From contig NKIB01013951.1 in assembly GCA_002256025.1 (NCBI GenBank), positions 1 to 49,582 on the forward strand: a stretch of DNA of 49,582 bases, read 5' to 3'. The translations under genes were made by a program, and so were the position numbers. Shown in pieces: positions 20,417-31,389 of this stretch. Origin of the DNA: Asterionella formosa. Its lineage: Eukaryota. Below the pieces are notes generated by a model. It did no database searches. It was not told where the DNA came from and saw only the letters and a list, made by a program, of their open reading frames with translations. Each line of letters begins with the position of its first letter. Position 1 is the stretch's first letter.

Positions 20417-22822
20417 TTATTCGTCTCCATCACTGTCACTCCAGTCAACACCTTCCTTTACCTCATCCTGCATCGCCATGGCCTTCTCTTTCGATATAGT
20501 AGGCTTGGATTCTACCTTCTTTGGTTCCTTCTTGGCCTTCTTCTTTGGAGTCGCCTCTACTGCCTTCTTCTCGCCTTCTTGCTGCTTGCTTGCTGGTCGA
20601 GAAGTAGACTCCAATCTATTCTCTCTGGCGATCTCCTTGTCATATCGTTCTCCCATGCTAAGTTCGCCGCCTCCTTTCAAGCACTCGAGACGCTTAACAT
20701 CTTTTGGCGCGTCTTGGAGAGTTGCTCTTGCCTTGACACAAAAGACAGCGTTTCGTTCGCACAGATCCACGCACCCTTTGCTATACGCCCGCCATCGATT
20801 GTTTTGGGTATCCTTAGAAAACTTTCGCAACCGTTGGCATATACGAACGGAAAACTCAGGAAAGCCAGCAGAGTAGCGGTAGAGGTCAACTTCTCTGTTA
20901 AGGAGGAGAAAGACTTCACTCACGCAAGCTTCGAGCTGCTCAGCAGTTCGTAAGGTGTCTTCCTTGGGCAACTTCAAAATAAGTGGCAGCTGAATGCTTT
21001 TAACAGCAGCTCGTCCTTGCACTCGCTTCGGCTTCAAGCCGATTTCCTTCAGGTCCAAGACTTCCAATAAGATAGATGTAGTAGGAATGAACATTTCGGC
21101 AGTAGCAGCTAGTTGTTGAAGAAAACGGACAAGATGAAGTCGAAGGGGCAAATGCCGTGTCGTTGGAATGAGCTTTGCAACACCTAGAATGACTTCCGTA
21201 AGAGGAAAAATGAGCGATCGAAGAAGCTGTACTTCCTGCTCTTCCTTGCCTTGCTTACATGCAGAAGACAAAACTGCAACCCAAAGCTTGAGGCAATGCA
21301 CATACTGCCAACAGTAAACGACTTGGAAGGCTTCTGGGGTCTTTTTATGCATCGCAGTTCGAAGATGTAATGCCAGCTGTCGAATGTAGACGAAAGCATG
21401 CTGATAGGCGGAGTGATAGTCGAGACTGTATAGTTCTACAATGCAGTTTCCCATAAAGGTCAATGTGGGGAGGATAGAGGTCAGCGATGAGGATGTCCCA
21501 AATTTGGCACGTTTGGCATAGGCTAAGTAGGTCTTTTTCAAACAGTCCTCAATAAAAGGAAATGGTTGTGTCAATGCCAGCTGTCTAATTCTCATAAATG
21601 CATTCAAACGGACAACTTGGTAATCCTCCGACGAGTCCAACGGAGCAGACCATAAGCCGACCAACGTTTTGAGCAAGTTTTGGGCGATCCGAGGAAAGGG
21701 AGTAAGGAACGGAACATACTTGGCAAGAGACTTCAAGATGAAAGTCAACAACTCGGGTTCCTTGGCACCATTGATGACATGCAAGGTTGACTTGAAGAAT
21801 GTTTGCATGACTGGTTTGATTTCTGTCCATCTGTAGGCCCGAGCGAGCACTTTCGGATTCATTGGCTTCTCATCCCCAGTAACCTCACCCTCGTCGTCAT
21901 TATCTTCCTCCATGACGTCATCGTCATGATTAATTTCCTTTTTTTCATCCTTGGGATTCACAGATCCTTTTCCAATCAAATGGTAAGTGAACTCTTCGTG
22001 ACAACGGTCAAGTGACAAGACCATTAACCTGTCGAACACTGCCGTTGACTCAATATGATATTTGGTTCCTGAGCGCTTCTGTTGGTCCTCATCATTTCCA
22101 TCTGCATCGGCCATATGACAAGCAGTCTTGTAGGCTGCTACAAGTTTTTTGAGTGACTTCAGTCCATGCGACTTGAATGCTCCTTGTTCAAGTGACTTTA
22201 GGAGAGGGTAGTCGACAACAGTGGCGTTGACATCTGGAACTTTCTTTTCTGGTTCTAGAACATCATCGCTGTCTTCATCCTCGTCAGCTTGTTCGTCGAA
22301 ATCTAATAAAGATTTTTCATTTTCTTTCAGGAACTTGTGAAAGTCAGGGTCAGATTTTTGAAGTCTCTCCATTTCGTCCTTCATTTTCGCAGCTGCAACT
22401 TCGATATCTTCCTCTATATCGCTATCTTCAGATCCCGAGCTATCGCCGCTTTCATCGTCAACTTCCACATCTAGTTCCTCTTCTTCGTCATCACTCTCGT
22501 CGTCTGCAACATTAGGTGCCTCAATCTCACCGCCCCCCTCAATCCTGTCGGCCATTTTCTCAAAAAAAGCGTCAACATCTAGACCTCCAAGATTCTCTTG
22601 TCCGAGGAAATCATTTTCATCACGTTTTCTAAGTTGTTCAGACTGCTGATGAGACATGACCGATTCGAGTTGTGCCTTTTTCTTTAGATCTACAGGAGCA
22701 ACGACTGTCTTGCGTTTTCTCTTGAGCTTTCCTTTGCTGGTAATCGTTCCCTTCTCAAGGGCTTTCTTCACTCCACCCTTGGATTGGAACTTGCGCTCCC
22801 TTTTGGTTTGTTTCTTTGCCAT
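20417..22822 (-). CDS. NOC2: Nucleolar complex protein 2
   Basis: LQKSDPDFHKFLKENEKSLLDF, AYQHAFVYIRQLALHLR, VYCWQYVHCLKLW, LRSLIFPL, AGFPE. Confidence 0.93.
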   Translation of the reverse strand: MAKKQTKRERKFQSKGGVKKALEKGTITSKGKLKRKRKTVVAPVDLKKKAQLESVMSHQQSEQLRKRDENDFLGQENLGGLDVDAFFEKMADRIEGGGEIEAPNVADDESDDEEEELDVEVDDESGDSSGSEDSDIEEDIEVAAAKMKDEMERLQKSDPDFHKFLKENEKSLLDFDEQADEDEDSDDVLEPEKKVPDVNATVVDYPLLKSLEQGAFKSHGLKSLKKLVAAYKTACHMADADGNDEDQQKRSGTKYHIESTAVFDRLMVLSLDRCHEEFTYHLIGKGSVNPKDEKKEINHDDDVMEEDNDDEGEVTGDEKPMNPKVLARAYRWTEIKPVMQTFFKSTLHVINGAKEPELLTFILKSLAKYVPFLTPFPRIAQNLLKTLVGLWSAPLDSSEDYQVVRLNAFMRIRQLALTQPFPFIEDCLKKTYLAYAKRAKFGTSSSLTSILPTLTFMGNCIVELYSLDYHSAYQHAFVYIRQLALHLRTAMHKKTPEAFQVVYCWQYVHCLKLWVAVLSSACKQGKEEQEVQLLRSLIFPLTEVILGVAKLIPTTRHLPLRLHLVRFLQQLAATAEMFIPTTSILLEVLDLKEIGLKPKRVQGRAAVKSIQLPLILKLPKEDTLRTAEQLEACVSEVFLLLNREVDLYRYSAGFPEFSVRICQRLRKFSKDTQNNRWRAYSKGCVDLCERNAVFCVKARATLQDAPKDVKRLECLKGGGELSMGERYDKEIARENRLESTSRPASKQQEGEKKAVEATPKKKAKKEPKKVESKPTISKEKAMAMQDEVKEGVDWSDSDGDE

Positions 22823-23299
22823 GCTTAATGATATACTGGTAGATGTTGTTGTTATTGACAGTCTCTATAAATATAAACTATACAATATCAAGGTACTGGC
22901 TGATGGTGACAGGTACCAGTAGCTATACTTCTGATATTTCTTTCCGAAAAGTGGACGAGGGGTAAAAATGCGGCACACTTGACATCCTCTGCCTCCGAGA
23001 AAATCACTGGTTCCGAGGAGAGAAGGAAAGAACCAATGCACGCCCCCATGTGATGATGAAATACTGACACCTACCGGTATTCTATGTAGTTCAAGGGTAC
23101 CGGGTACCCGGAGGTCCAGATATGCATACCCTACCGGGTATCACGCATCATATTTATGTCAAGAATATACCGGTATGTCGAAGCAAGTGATGAGCTCATC
23201 ATAATAATTATGAGTCGCAGTCGAGTGAGTCAACTTTGGGTGTACCAAGCACCCATTAACTATCACAAGATCTTATTCTGGGCATAATGAGCCTGAGGA

Positions 23300-24450
23300 T
23301 ATAAACTACTGGCTGGTATTCAGAAGACCAATAGTTTGAATGTAATGCTTATCAATGCTGATAAACCTATGATCAGTGAGTTTGAGGTAGACATGGGTCT
23401 AACTATAAATGTATGACCTGACAAAGAATGAAAACAGCATTGGAGAATAGTTCATTTGATTGCTTATTCAAATCTAATAACCAACTAAGCAACTAATAAA
23501 AGTAATAATTTAGCAACACAAGAGAAATGAATGTCTCTGGTTTGTATAACCTTCTTTGTCTAAGAACGATAGATCTACCTAGAAAGGCAAACCTGCCTTA
23601 ACAAGAATATAGTATCAATGTATCAGCCGACAATGGCAATAACGATTCACAAGGATTGTGGAATCGACTATTTGGTCCAATGAATCAATGGTGCGTTTCC
23701 ATGTCAACAATAGGCTTCTTACTTACAGGATTGATGTTTCAGATCAATCAGAATAAGGCTTGCTTGCATTGACAAAAAGGGATCAGCAGAGAATATTTTC
23801 TGAAATTGTGATGAATGGGATTGAAACAAAGTTTTGCTTAGTTTAAGCTTATAATTTAAGAAATTGACAGAGTAAGGTAAATAGCGAAAACTAGCAAGAA
23901 TCATAGGAGCAGAAGATACACAACAGTACTAGTACTAGCTACAACAGCTAAGTTCTACGTAAGGAGATTCGCCTGCAGGAAGGAGTGTGAAGCTTTTAAC
24001 AAAAACACACACCGAGTTGTATTTATATATTAACCAGGTACTCCTGGTAATAGTGTGAGTACTTGGGAGTACCTGCTGGTCCTCAGGAGTACCACGTAAC
24101 ACTCCTACATAATCATGATACCAAGTCCTGTTCTACATGTAGGTATGTTCTTGGAACTTGATGTTTGCCAGTACTGTTAGTAATGACAACATCATGACAA
24201 CTAACAATGATGATACGCCTATTGTAAGCAGATTAATCACGAATTATAAATCAATTGTTGTTTTTAGCTACTGATGTTTTAGTTTATATCTACGTGATGT
24301 ATGAAGATTATGTACAAACAATTTGGGTTGTGATCCCCGGCAAGGAATCTTATAGATATTGTCGCTGCGGTTGGGCACTACTTTGCTTCTGCCGATTTTC
24401 TATTTTAGCTATTTTTTATTGAAGAATATCAAAGTTACGTGAACATTTGT
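23300..24450 (+). mobile_element. Highly decayed Copia 3' end (RNase H remnant, polypurine tract, LTR-like sequence)
   Basis: Broken reading DMGLTINVxP...W...AYS and FHVNN resembles Copia LGLKIxP...W...YSDSD and VDN. Purine tract AGGAAGGAG 23977-23985 is directly followed by TGT at 23986. Boundaries are approximate. Confidence 0.45.
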
Positions 24451-24641
24451 TTCACTACTTGCTAGCAATACTTGTGTTCTATATAAGGAACTAATAAAAG
24501 TATAAAGCAGTTGTACAAAATTAAAAATTAAAAATCATTTTGTTTATTATGGTCTGTTAAATGGTAATGGGAAATTTCTCATGTTCCATTCATGATTGTA
24601 TAAATTTGTATACATGCATACATATATAGAACAAGCATGCA

Positions 24642-24810
24642 AGAAGGAATCGCTAACTAGATGGTTAGCTCACCTTCCGAGGTGGCGGGTTCAATTCCCG
24701 CATTCTCCACCTGCTTTGTTTGTGGTGAGGCAGACAATAAGCAGGTGTAAAGCCCTCCGGGGGGGGGGGCAAGTGCGACTTCACAACCTTCTCAATTGAC
24801 GAGTTTTTTT
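24642..24810 (+). ncRNA. tRNA-headed Pol III-type structured RNA or tRNA-derived SINE
   Basis: A-box-like TAACTAGATGG (24654-24664) and B-box GGTTCAATTCC (24688-24698) within a perfect T-arm GCGGG/CCCGC. Further hairpins follow, then a T7 terminator at 24804-24810. Confidence 0.65.
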
Positions 24811-24959
24811 AACAATAGGGTACTATAAAATTTACTCCCTTACTAAAATTTTTATAGAACATATATGTTGTGTATGTTCATATGTGTTAAATTGTCTAGC
24901 TTTATTCGTTACGAATATCACAGATCTTTCTTTTAAGATCACTAAAGCTGAAAACGTAT

Positions 24960-26180
24960 TTTCACCTAATACTTTGAAATATTTTGAGCTATCTGTAAAT
25001 ATTCTGCATATCTAGTCTTGTTCTTGCCTGATTACTCAAATAATCCTGAACAAGATATCTTACACTTTCCTTGATCACGACGTCAATATGATCTTGCTTG
25101 TTTTGAAAAGAAGTAGTCATCGCAATTCATTTATCAATAAGTGAGCATCAAAATTCATTTGAAAATAATTATCATCTTTTTGCTTGTAGAAGTTGTTGAT
25201 TTCATTGTTAATAGCAACGCTCCATTGCTTGCTCTCATCTCCTTTCAAATCCTCCTTGTAATGCTTTGGCTCCCAGCAAGAGCAGTAGAATACGCATGGA
25301 ACCTCTAAATTCCTTCTTCACTTTGAAACTGTTCACCATTTTCTTGAATGTCCAATTATGAAGTCTATCTGTTCAATTGATTTTTTTCCTTCTCATGATG
25401 TTTTAAGATGCGCCAAGCACTATGTTTGCATGTGGCTTCTTTCCAACCTTCTGGTAGTTTCGATTCTTGTTCAATTTTTTCTTTGATGCATCATTTTTGA
25501 TCTTATCATCTGATTTCCCATTGCTTCAGAAAGCTGAAATCAAGTTTTTTCACAACTGGAACAGGTGTTTACAAAACGTTATTCTGAACAGGTGGCACAA
25601 CCACAGCAGGAGCAACATGTTCATCCTGCTTGTCATCCTCCATTGGAACATCAAATATTTCTGTGCCCCCTTCCACATTGAAATCCTTTAAACCTGCAAT
25701 TTCATCTGATCCTGCCAAATTGCATTAGATGATCGTAAATTATTGGAACCTTATTACAGAACCTCTCATCTGCACCTTTTACATCATTAGATGTGGCCAC
25801 AATGTTGGTGATTCTTGTTTTGGTGTTGATTGCCTCAGCCCAAAGTAAACCTTGGAATTAATCATTGAATTTTGCAGCAAACATTGCTGCACATGCTCAT
25901 TGATGAATGTTTACAAACTTTTCCTCAACAATTTCATTCTGTTGCTGTGTGTAGGATACCGTAAATTCAATTTGAAATTTGATTTTTCACACAGTTTTGT
26001 TAAACATGATACATTTTCGCCCACATCATTGTCACAACGGATATACTTAGTAGTGTACTTAGCCGTTTTCAATTTAGTCAACAAATCTTCAATCTTTGAA
26101 GCAAGTTGTGACTTCTTCTTGACAAAGAAACTACAAGATTGAAAGTGCATTCTAGAAATGTAGTGGTGGTATGCGTACAC
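24960..26180 (-). mobile_element. Decayed Ty1/Copia pol fragment (integrase core and start of RT)
   Basis: FFVKKKSQL...KYIRCDNDVGEN (IRCDNAGEN-type), LWAEAINT, EPKHYKE...KQWSVAINNEINNF, with stops and frameshifts. Confidence 0.8.
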
Positions 26181-26588
26181 TACTAGTATGACCGACATTG
26201 AAAAGTACGTGCTTGATTAGTCTGACTCAATATTTTTTTAACCCTACCTCGAGCTAGGGGTTCAAAGTATATCACACACCGGGTACCTGTACCCGGTATC
26301 AGGAAAATGACTGACCTCATTTTCCTTTTCTCGTCGCTCTCGAGACGATGCATAATTGAGTGCAACGCCAAGAGAAAGAATTACGGTACCTGGTACCCCC
26401 ACTGTATGTACCAGGGTACCTGGTACCTGGTACCGGTAGAGGGAAAATTACCTCTTCGTGTTTTGTGGACAGGTCGATCTATTATTGGCTCGGCGTTGCG
26501 TATCTGGGAGTGATTCGTTTCCTCAGTGGTAAACCTTTAGATTGTCCTCAAGGTTGCTTGAATTGAGTGTTATGTGCAGGCCCAAAGT

Positions 26589-27755
26589 ATGAATACGAAG
26601 ATATGTCTCCCCTTGATCCTCTCGTACGTGAGCGCAACGGCATTCGCTGCCCTAGCCATTCCTGTATTATTTGATGCCAGTAATAATTTGCATCGGGATC
26701 TCAGATATCACCCCGAGCAACCCGCGAGAATACAAAACTGTGTGGATGCCATACGCACATACATGGGAAGCACATGTGATATTCCTCCTATTGCTTTGAT
26801 GGATGTCTCAGATTCGTCGGAGAACCGATTCACGGAGGAAGAATTAGCCCATGCTAGAGCATGTCTTGTACTGGCCCATTCGGAAGATCTTGTCAGTGGC
26901 ATTGAACAACGCTGCATGAACTCTCGACAGAAACGCATCAATGACGGGAAGGAACCTCTTGGGTTTATAGGAAACGTCGATGATGATACGTTCCTGACAA
27001 CGGAAACGTACAATGTCTGCCTCCGAGCCACGGCGGCGTGGATACGATGCGTCGATCTTGCCATGAGTACACGTGGGTCTGCCATGGCACTGACGCGGCC
27101 TCCAGGACATCATGCTACATCCACTTTGATAAATGGTTTCTGCATCTTCAATTTTGCAGCCGCGGCTGTCATTCATGCTTTGCAAGGGGGTTCTGACATA
27201 AAAGTTTCGGTTCTGGATTGGGATGTTCATTATGGGCAAGGTGTTGTTGATATTCTCAAAAAGTACGATCGAGCTCGATACGTGTCCATTCATCAAACTC
27301 CAGCCTTTCCGTTCATGGGAGAATATCGCAAGGTGGATGGAGCATTCAAGAATATTCTCTCAATACCTATTCCACCTGAAACAACATGGACATGTGGATA
27401 TTCTAAAATGTTTCGGGAGCATGCTCTTCCCTTTGTCCGATTGACAAGTGGGGATGACCCCTGGGAGCCCGATCTGGTAATTGTGTGCTCTGGATATGAT
27501 GCGTTGGACAGTGATGAATTGGCGAGTGTCAGTTTGCAAGCTATAGATTATGGCCTCCTTACGTCAGAACTACTGTCGCACTTGTCGGTAGGAATCAACA
27601 AGCGTCCTGCATTGATGCTAGGTCTGGAGGGTGGTTATCAATTGAGCCCTATGGCAGTTGGAGGCAATCTGGGAGATGCCGTCGTTGAGACAATCAAGGC
27701 GCTGGTAAGGGAAGAAGCAGGTAGGGCTATACATTCACGCAAGAATGAGAAGTAG
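26589..27755 (+). CDS. Zn-dependent histone deacetylase family protein with signal peptide
   Basis: HPEQPARI, RPPGHHA, GFCIFN, DWDVHYGQG, SIHQ, SGYDA, LEGGY are all intact. N-terminus MNTKICLPLILSYVSATA-FAA. Confidence 0.92.
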   Translation: MNTKICLPLILSYVSATAFAALAIPVLFDASNNLHRDLRYHPEQPARIQNCVDAIRTYMGSTCDIPPIALMDVSDSSENRFTEEELAHARACLVLAHSEDLVSGIEQRCMNSRQKRINDGKEPLGFIGNVDDDTFLTTETYNVCLRATAAWIRCVDLAMSTRGSAMALTRPPGHHATSTLINGFCIFNFAAAAVIHALQGGSDIKVSVLDWDVHYGQGVVDILKKYDRARYVSIHQTPAFPFMGEYRKVDGAFKNILSIPIPPETTWTCGYSKMFREHALPFVRLTSGDDPWEPDLVIVCSGYDALDSDELASVSLQAIDYGLLTSELLSHLSVGINKRPALMLGLEGGYQLSPMAVGGNLGDAVVETIKALVREEAGRAIHSRKNEK

Positions 27756-28514
27756 GCTTATCATAATTGTGGGACCTTCATCAAGCAGCAAATGCGATGC
27801 ATCTTTATACATAGACACTGCACTACTTTGTCGCAATTTACATCAGGCCAGTTATCAATGCTGACTAGGTTATAGAATACTATGTTGATATTCTTCATCA
27901 ACTGGAATCAGCAGGAATCTACGCACTAGACAGCATGTTGACTTGATTCAATGAAACTTGAAAGTCCATCTGAGAAAAATATTATGATTCCATGTGCAAT
28001 CTGTAGCAGGTTATAGGTTTACTACTGTCAGAATATGATTGTTAGGCTGTTGCTGTTGACAAGTGCCTGAAGGCCAGATGAAGTCTGAGGAATGTCAGAA
28101 TGTAAATAAACACTGCATTGAAAAAACCCAAGCCAAATACAGTTGCAGGTTGCATTACACATCATGGTGTGTCACATTGGGAGAAAAAGCAAAAAATATT
28201 GTAGCCAGTGCATCCACCAAGACCAAATTGCTTTGGTCTTGGTAAACTATGACCTCCCAATTAACTTAAGCAATATCAGGTATTTGGTCTATCAGGCTCC
28301 AACCGTAGTCTAATAAAAGAAGCATTTCTATTGGTCTAGGTTATGGCTTCCATCAGAAACATATTTAATCTATGGTTTAATTAGGAGTGTACACATAATT
28401 AGAAAACATAAACAGTACTATCTTCATGTAGACAAATATGATCATCAGTAGACACAGTACATCAGTTTGATTTCGACACATACATACAGACATTATTTAT
28501 TCAACATCGTCAGG

Positions 28515-29170
28515 ATGGGTTCAGGTGTTACATGGGATAAGGACGAGGATAAGGCGGCGCTCTCTTGGTCCTGGGATGCAGCCAGTGATGACTCAATCAC
28601 TGGGATTGGTCAGTAAGCAAGAAGTTTTGGGGTCAGGTGTTTGAGATCTATGTAGGTGTCATCCCAGATGGCAAGAAACAGACGTCAACAGGGTGCGCAG
28701 CTCGATGAACAACAATAATAAAGACGTCACAAAGTTCTCCAGCGCAAGTAACAAGTATTCCAAAATCAGGATGGACAGAGGAGAAATACAATGAAGCAGC
28801 CAGCTATGGAGCATGCTATTTAAACTGGAAGGAAAAGGTCAAGAGCAGGGTAGAGAGTGCATTTTCAATTGGTGCTGGCGAATTTGAAGGAAGCCCCGAA
28901 GTGAAAGTTGTGTTGCAGTTATGTTTGGGTTCAACCAAAATCCAAGGTTGAGGATCTAAAGGATGGCCTGTTGTGTCCCATGGGGCAAAGGTCGCTAAGA
29001 ATGAAAAGCACATTGAAAATACTCAGCTTGCCAATGAGCAAAATCATGCAATGATGCTTGAAAGAAAGGTGAAAACTCAACATGATGAGTTCCTATTCCA
29101 ATCATCAAAGCAAAACGTTATTCGCCAGTATCTGATGGAGTTGATTTTTTTCGCATTCTTGCATTTTAGT
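28515..29170 (+). pseudogene. Decayed Myb/SANT (NAM-associated type) Harbinger accessory gene
   Basis: MGSGVTWDKDEDKAALSWSWDAASDDSITGIGQ*, then KDVTKF and HGAKVAK in other frames. Fits the W..ED..L..AW..S.D...G..Q pattern. Confidence 0.6.
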
Positions 29171-29177
29171 ACCTGGT

Positions 29178-31384
29178 GAGCAATCCCGCATATCAATATA
29201 GATGCATATAGGGCTACAGTTATATCATATATATCAGAACTCAATAATGAGAGAACTCGACTAACACCAATTGTATATTTTGGTGTCAACTAGGAGAACA
29301 AGTTGCATATCAAGATTAAATAATAAACTCATTTATTCAACAAATACTACTACTTCTAGTTAGATAGCTACTTCACTTTTGATTCAAAAAGAGTCCAATT
29401 AGAACAGGACAAACATGGCAAGAATTTATTCAAGGGGTTCCTCTCAATCCTTTGCTTGATCAAAGATTACAATGTATTGACTATTAAAACTAAAACTTTT
29501 CAAGTTTCTGAATCGCTCAACCAAGATGTGATTGATGGAAGCTCTGTGGGAGTGTTGTTAATCAGAGTGAGTCAATTTTGTGATGCGGCTAACACATGTG
29601 CTTTTAGACCTGCAGATAACTTTTCCCATTTCAGAAGGTGTTAGACCGACATTGCTTTATCGGATTGGTCAAATGTTGAAGTTCAACCAGAAGATCAATC
29701 CTATGATAGTTTCGATGAAGAAATGATTTTGTGGCTTGATGATTGTCTTCCAATCAATAGTTTTCAACGTCAATGTCAGTGGATGCTTCGCTATCTATAT
29801 AAGCCCTTTTCTATGTTGGTGATGGATTTCGCTGCTCGTTTTAAAATTAATCAGGCTACTCCAAATAATGCCTCATCCAGAAGATCAAAAGTGATTGTCG
29901 AAAGAAGACATGCACATCATCATTATCCGATTGATGCCCGATGAGTGGCAACAAGAATTTGAATTGAATCATGCCAATACTTTGGACCAAACAATTTGCT
30001 CGGTTCTTAATTACTTAGAGAATCAACATTCCTTTAAGGATCGAAACAAGCACCTTCCCAAGAACACTTTTCAGACTAGCGCATAAAATCGTCTTCGTAT
30101 TGCTGAAAGCAATCGTGTGATGCATCAAGAAACGAGGGCGTCAGTCGTCAGTTTTACCAAAATAATTGCAATCCAAGTGGTTGTGGATGGGCGCGTGCTA
30201 TTGTGAATGCGGCTGGTTGTGCATGGGATCGACAAGCGACCATCCATCATCAAGCTCTACAAGCCAGTGGTATCTACCACGATTATTGTGGCCCTTGCCC
30301 GGTACACCCTAAGTGTGCCAGTACTTGGGGCAATTGCTTCCAGAACCCTTGTTGTCTTACTCAAGGCGGTCGAGGAGGTTGTATGGCTGCTTGTCATAAT
30401 GGCCATGGACATTTCGGTTTTGGTGGTTATGGCAGTGGAGCACACAGTAACCCTACAGAAAGCTATCATACTGACACTGCTAAACCTGTGCCTGTTCCAC
30501 TTACTCATATGTTAAATGCATGGGGTTGTAATGATCACCCATCCGGCTGGGGTAACATGTCACATGCCGATCTTAACGAGACAATGTCTATCCAAGAAAT
30601 TTCAGTGGTCACAAACCCTCCTCCTGATCAGTTAGTGGCTTTTGTCTCTACTATACAACAGCAGAATGCTGATCACCATCACAGAGGTATGTGCGATAAT
30701 AGCAATGCTATTTATAATGACTCATTGAGCATGTCTCACGTCAGTCATCACCTGGATAATATTGTTTATTTACAGGTTGAATATACAATGGATACCGCTG
30801 TTGCTGTAACACGAGACATATATAAATGTATAGATGGACATGATGTTCCATATTTATACCAGGGTCTGATTCCAGTGTATTGATTTGATTCTGATGTCTC
30901 TATTAGCGCCACGATTGGTGGATGCTATCCTTATGCATAAAATTTGACAAGTACTATTTGATAGTGGAGGATCCCTTTAGTAATTTCCAGAGCATATTAG
31001 GATTCGATAAAAATAGGTACATCAAAATATAATAATAAAACATCATGTAAACCTTCTCAATCATCAAAAAATGTGAGAGGATGTATAGGAACAAGTTATC
31101 CATACAAGTCATGGTGCTATTTCCAAAATCAATGGTTAAACCAACTTGACGAAAGAAGTCACGTCCTAAAATTACATCAAATGTACATTGCTTGGCCATT
31201 GAAAACTTGGGGCATTTTGGTGGTAAAATACGAGCAGATCAATTAAATTCAGGGAATATTAGATCATATAAAATAACACTGGCATGAGATGAATAAGTAC
31301 CAGCTATGGTATTTATTAATTGGTATGTCTTGTTAGATAAAGAAATACCTTGAGGCATAACCTGTTCCTGTATTAAAGATGGAT
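29178..31384 (+). mobile_element. Decayed Ty3/Gypsy element: partial 5' LTR (29178-29375), gag, and protease with an inverted segment
   Basis: QCQWMLRYLYKPFSM...FAARF, MPDEWQQEF, CPVHPKCASTWGNCFQNP (gag); VLFDSGGS 30951-30974 on +; FDVILGRDF..VGLTIDF on the - strand. Confidence 0.8.
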
Positions 31385-31389
31385 AAAGT

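Noticed and set aside
24642..24710. Functional tRNA gene (including tRNA-Sec)
   Set aside because: No 7-nt anticodon loop and an imperfect acceptor stem; kept only as a tRNA-like element.
30203..30883. 226-aa ORF as a standalone gene
   Set aside because: It is a fragment of the decayed Gypsy gag-protease region.
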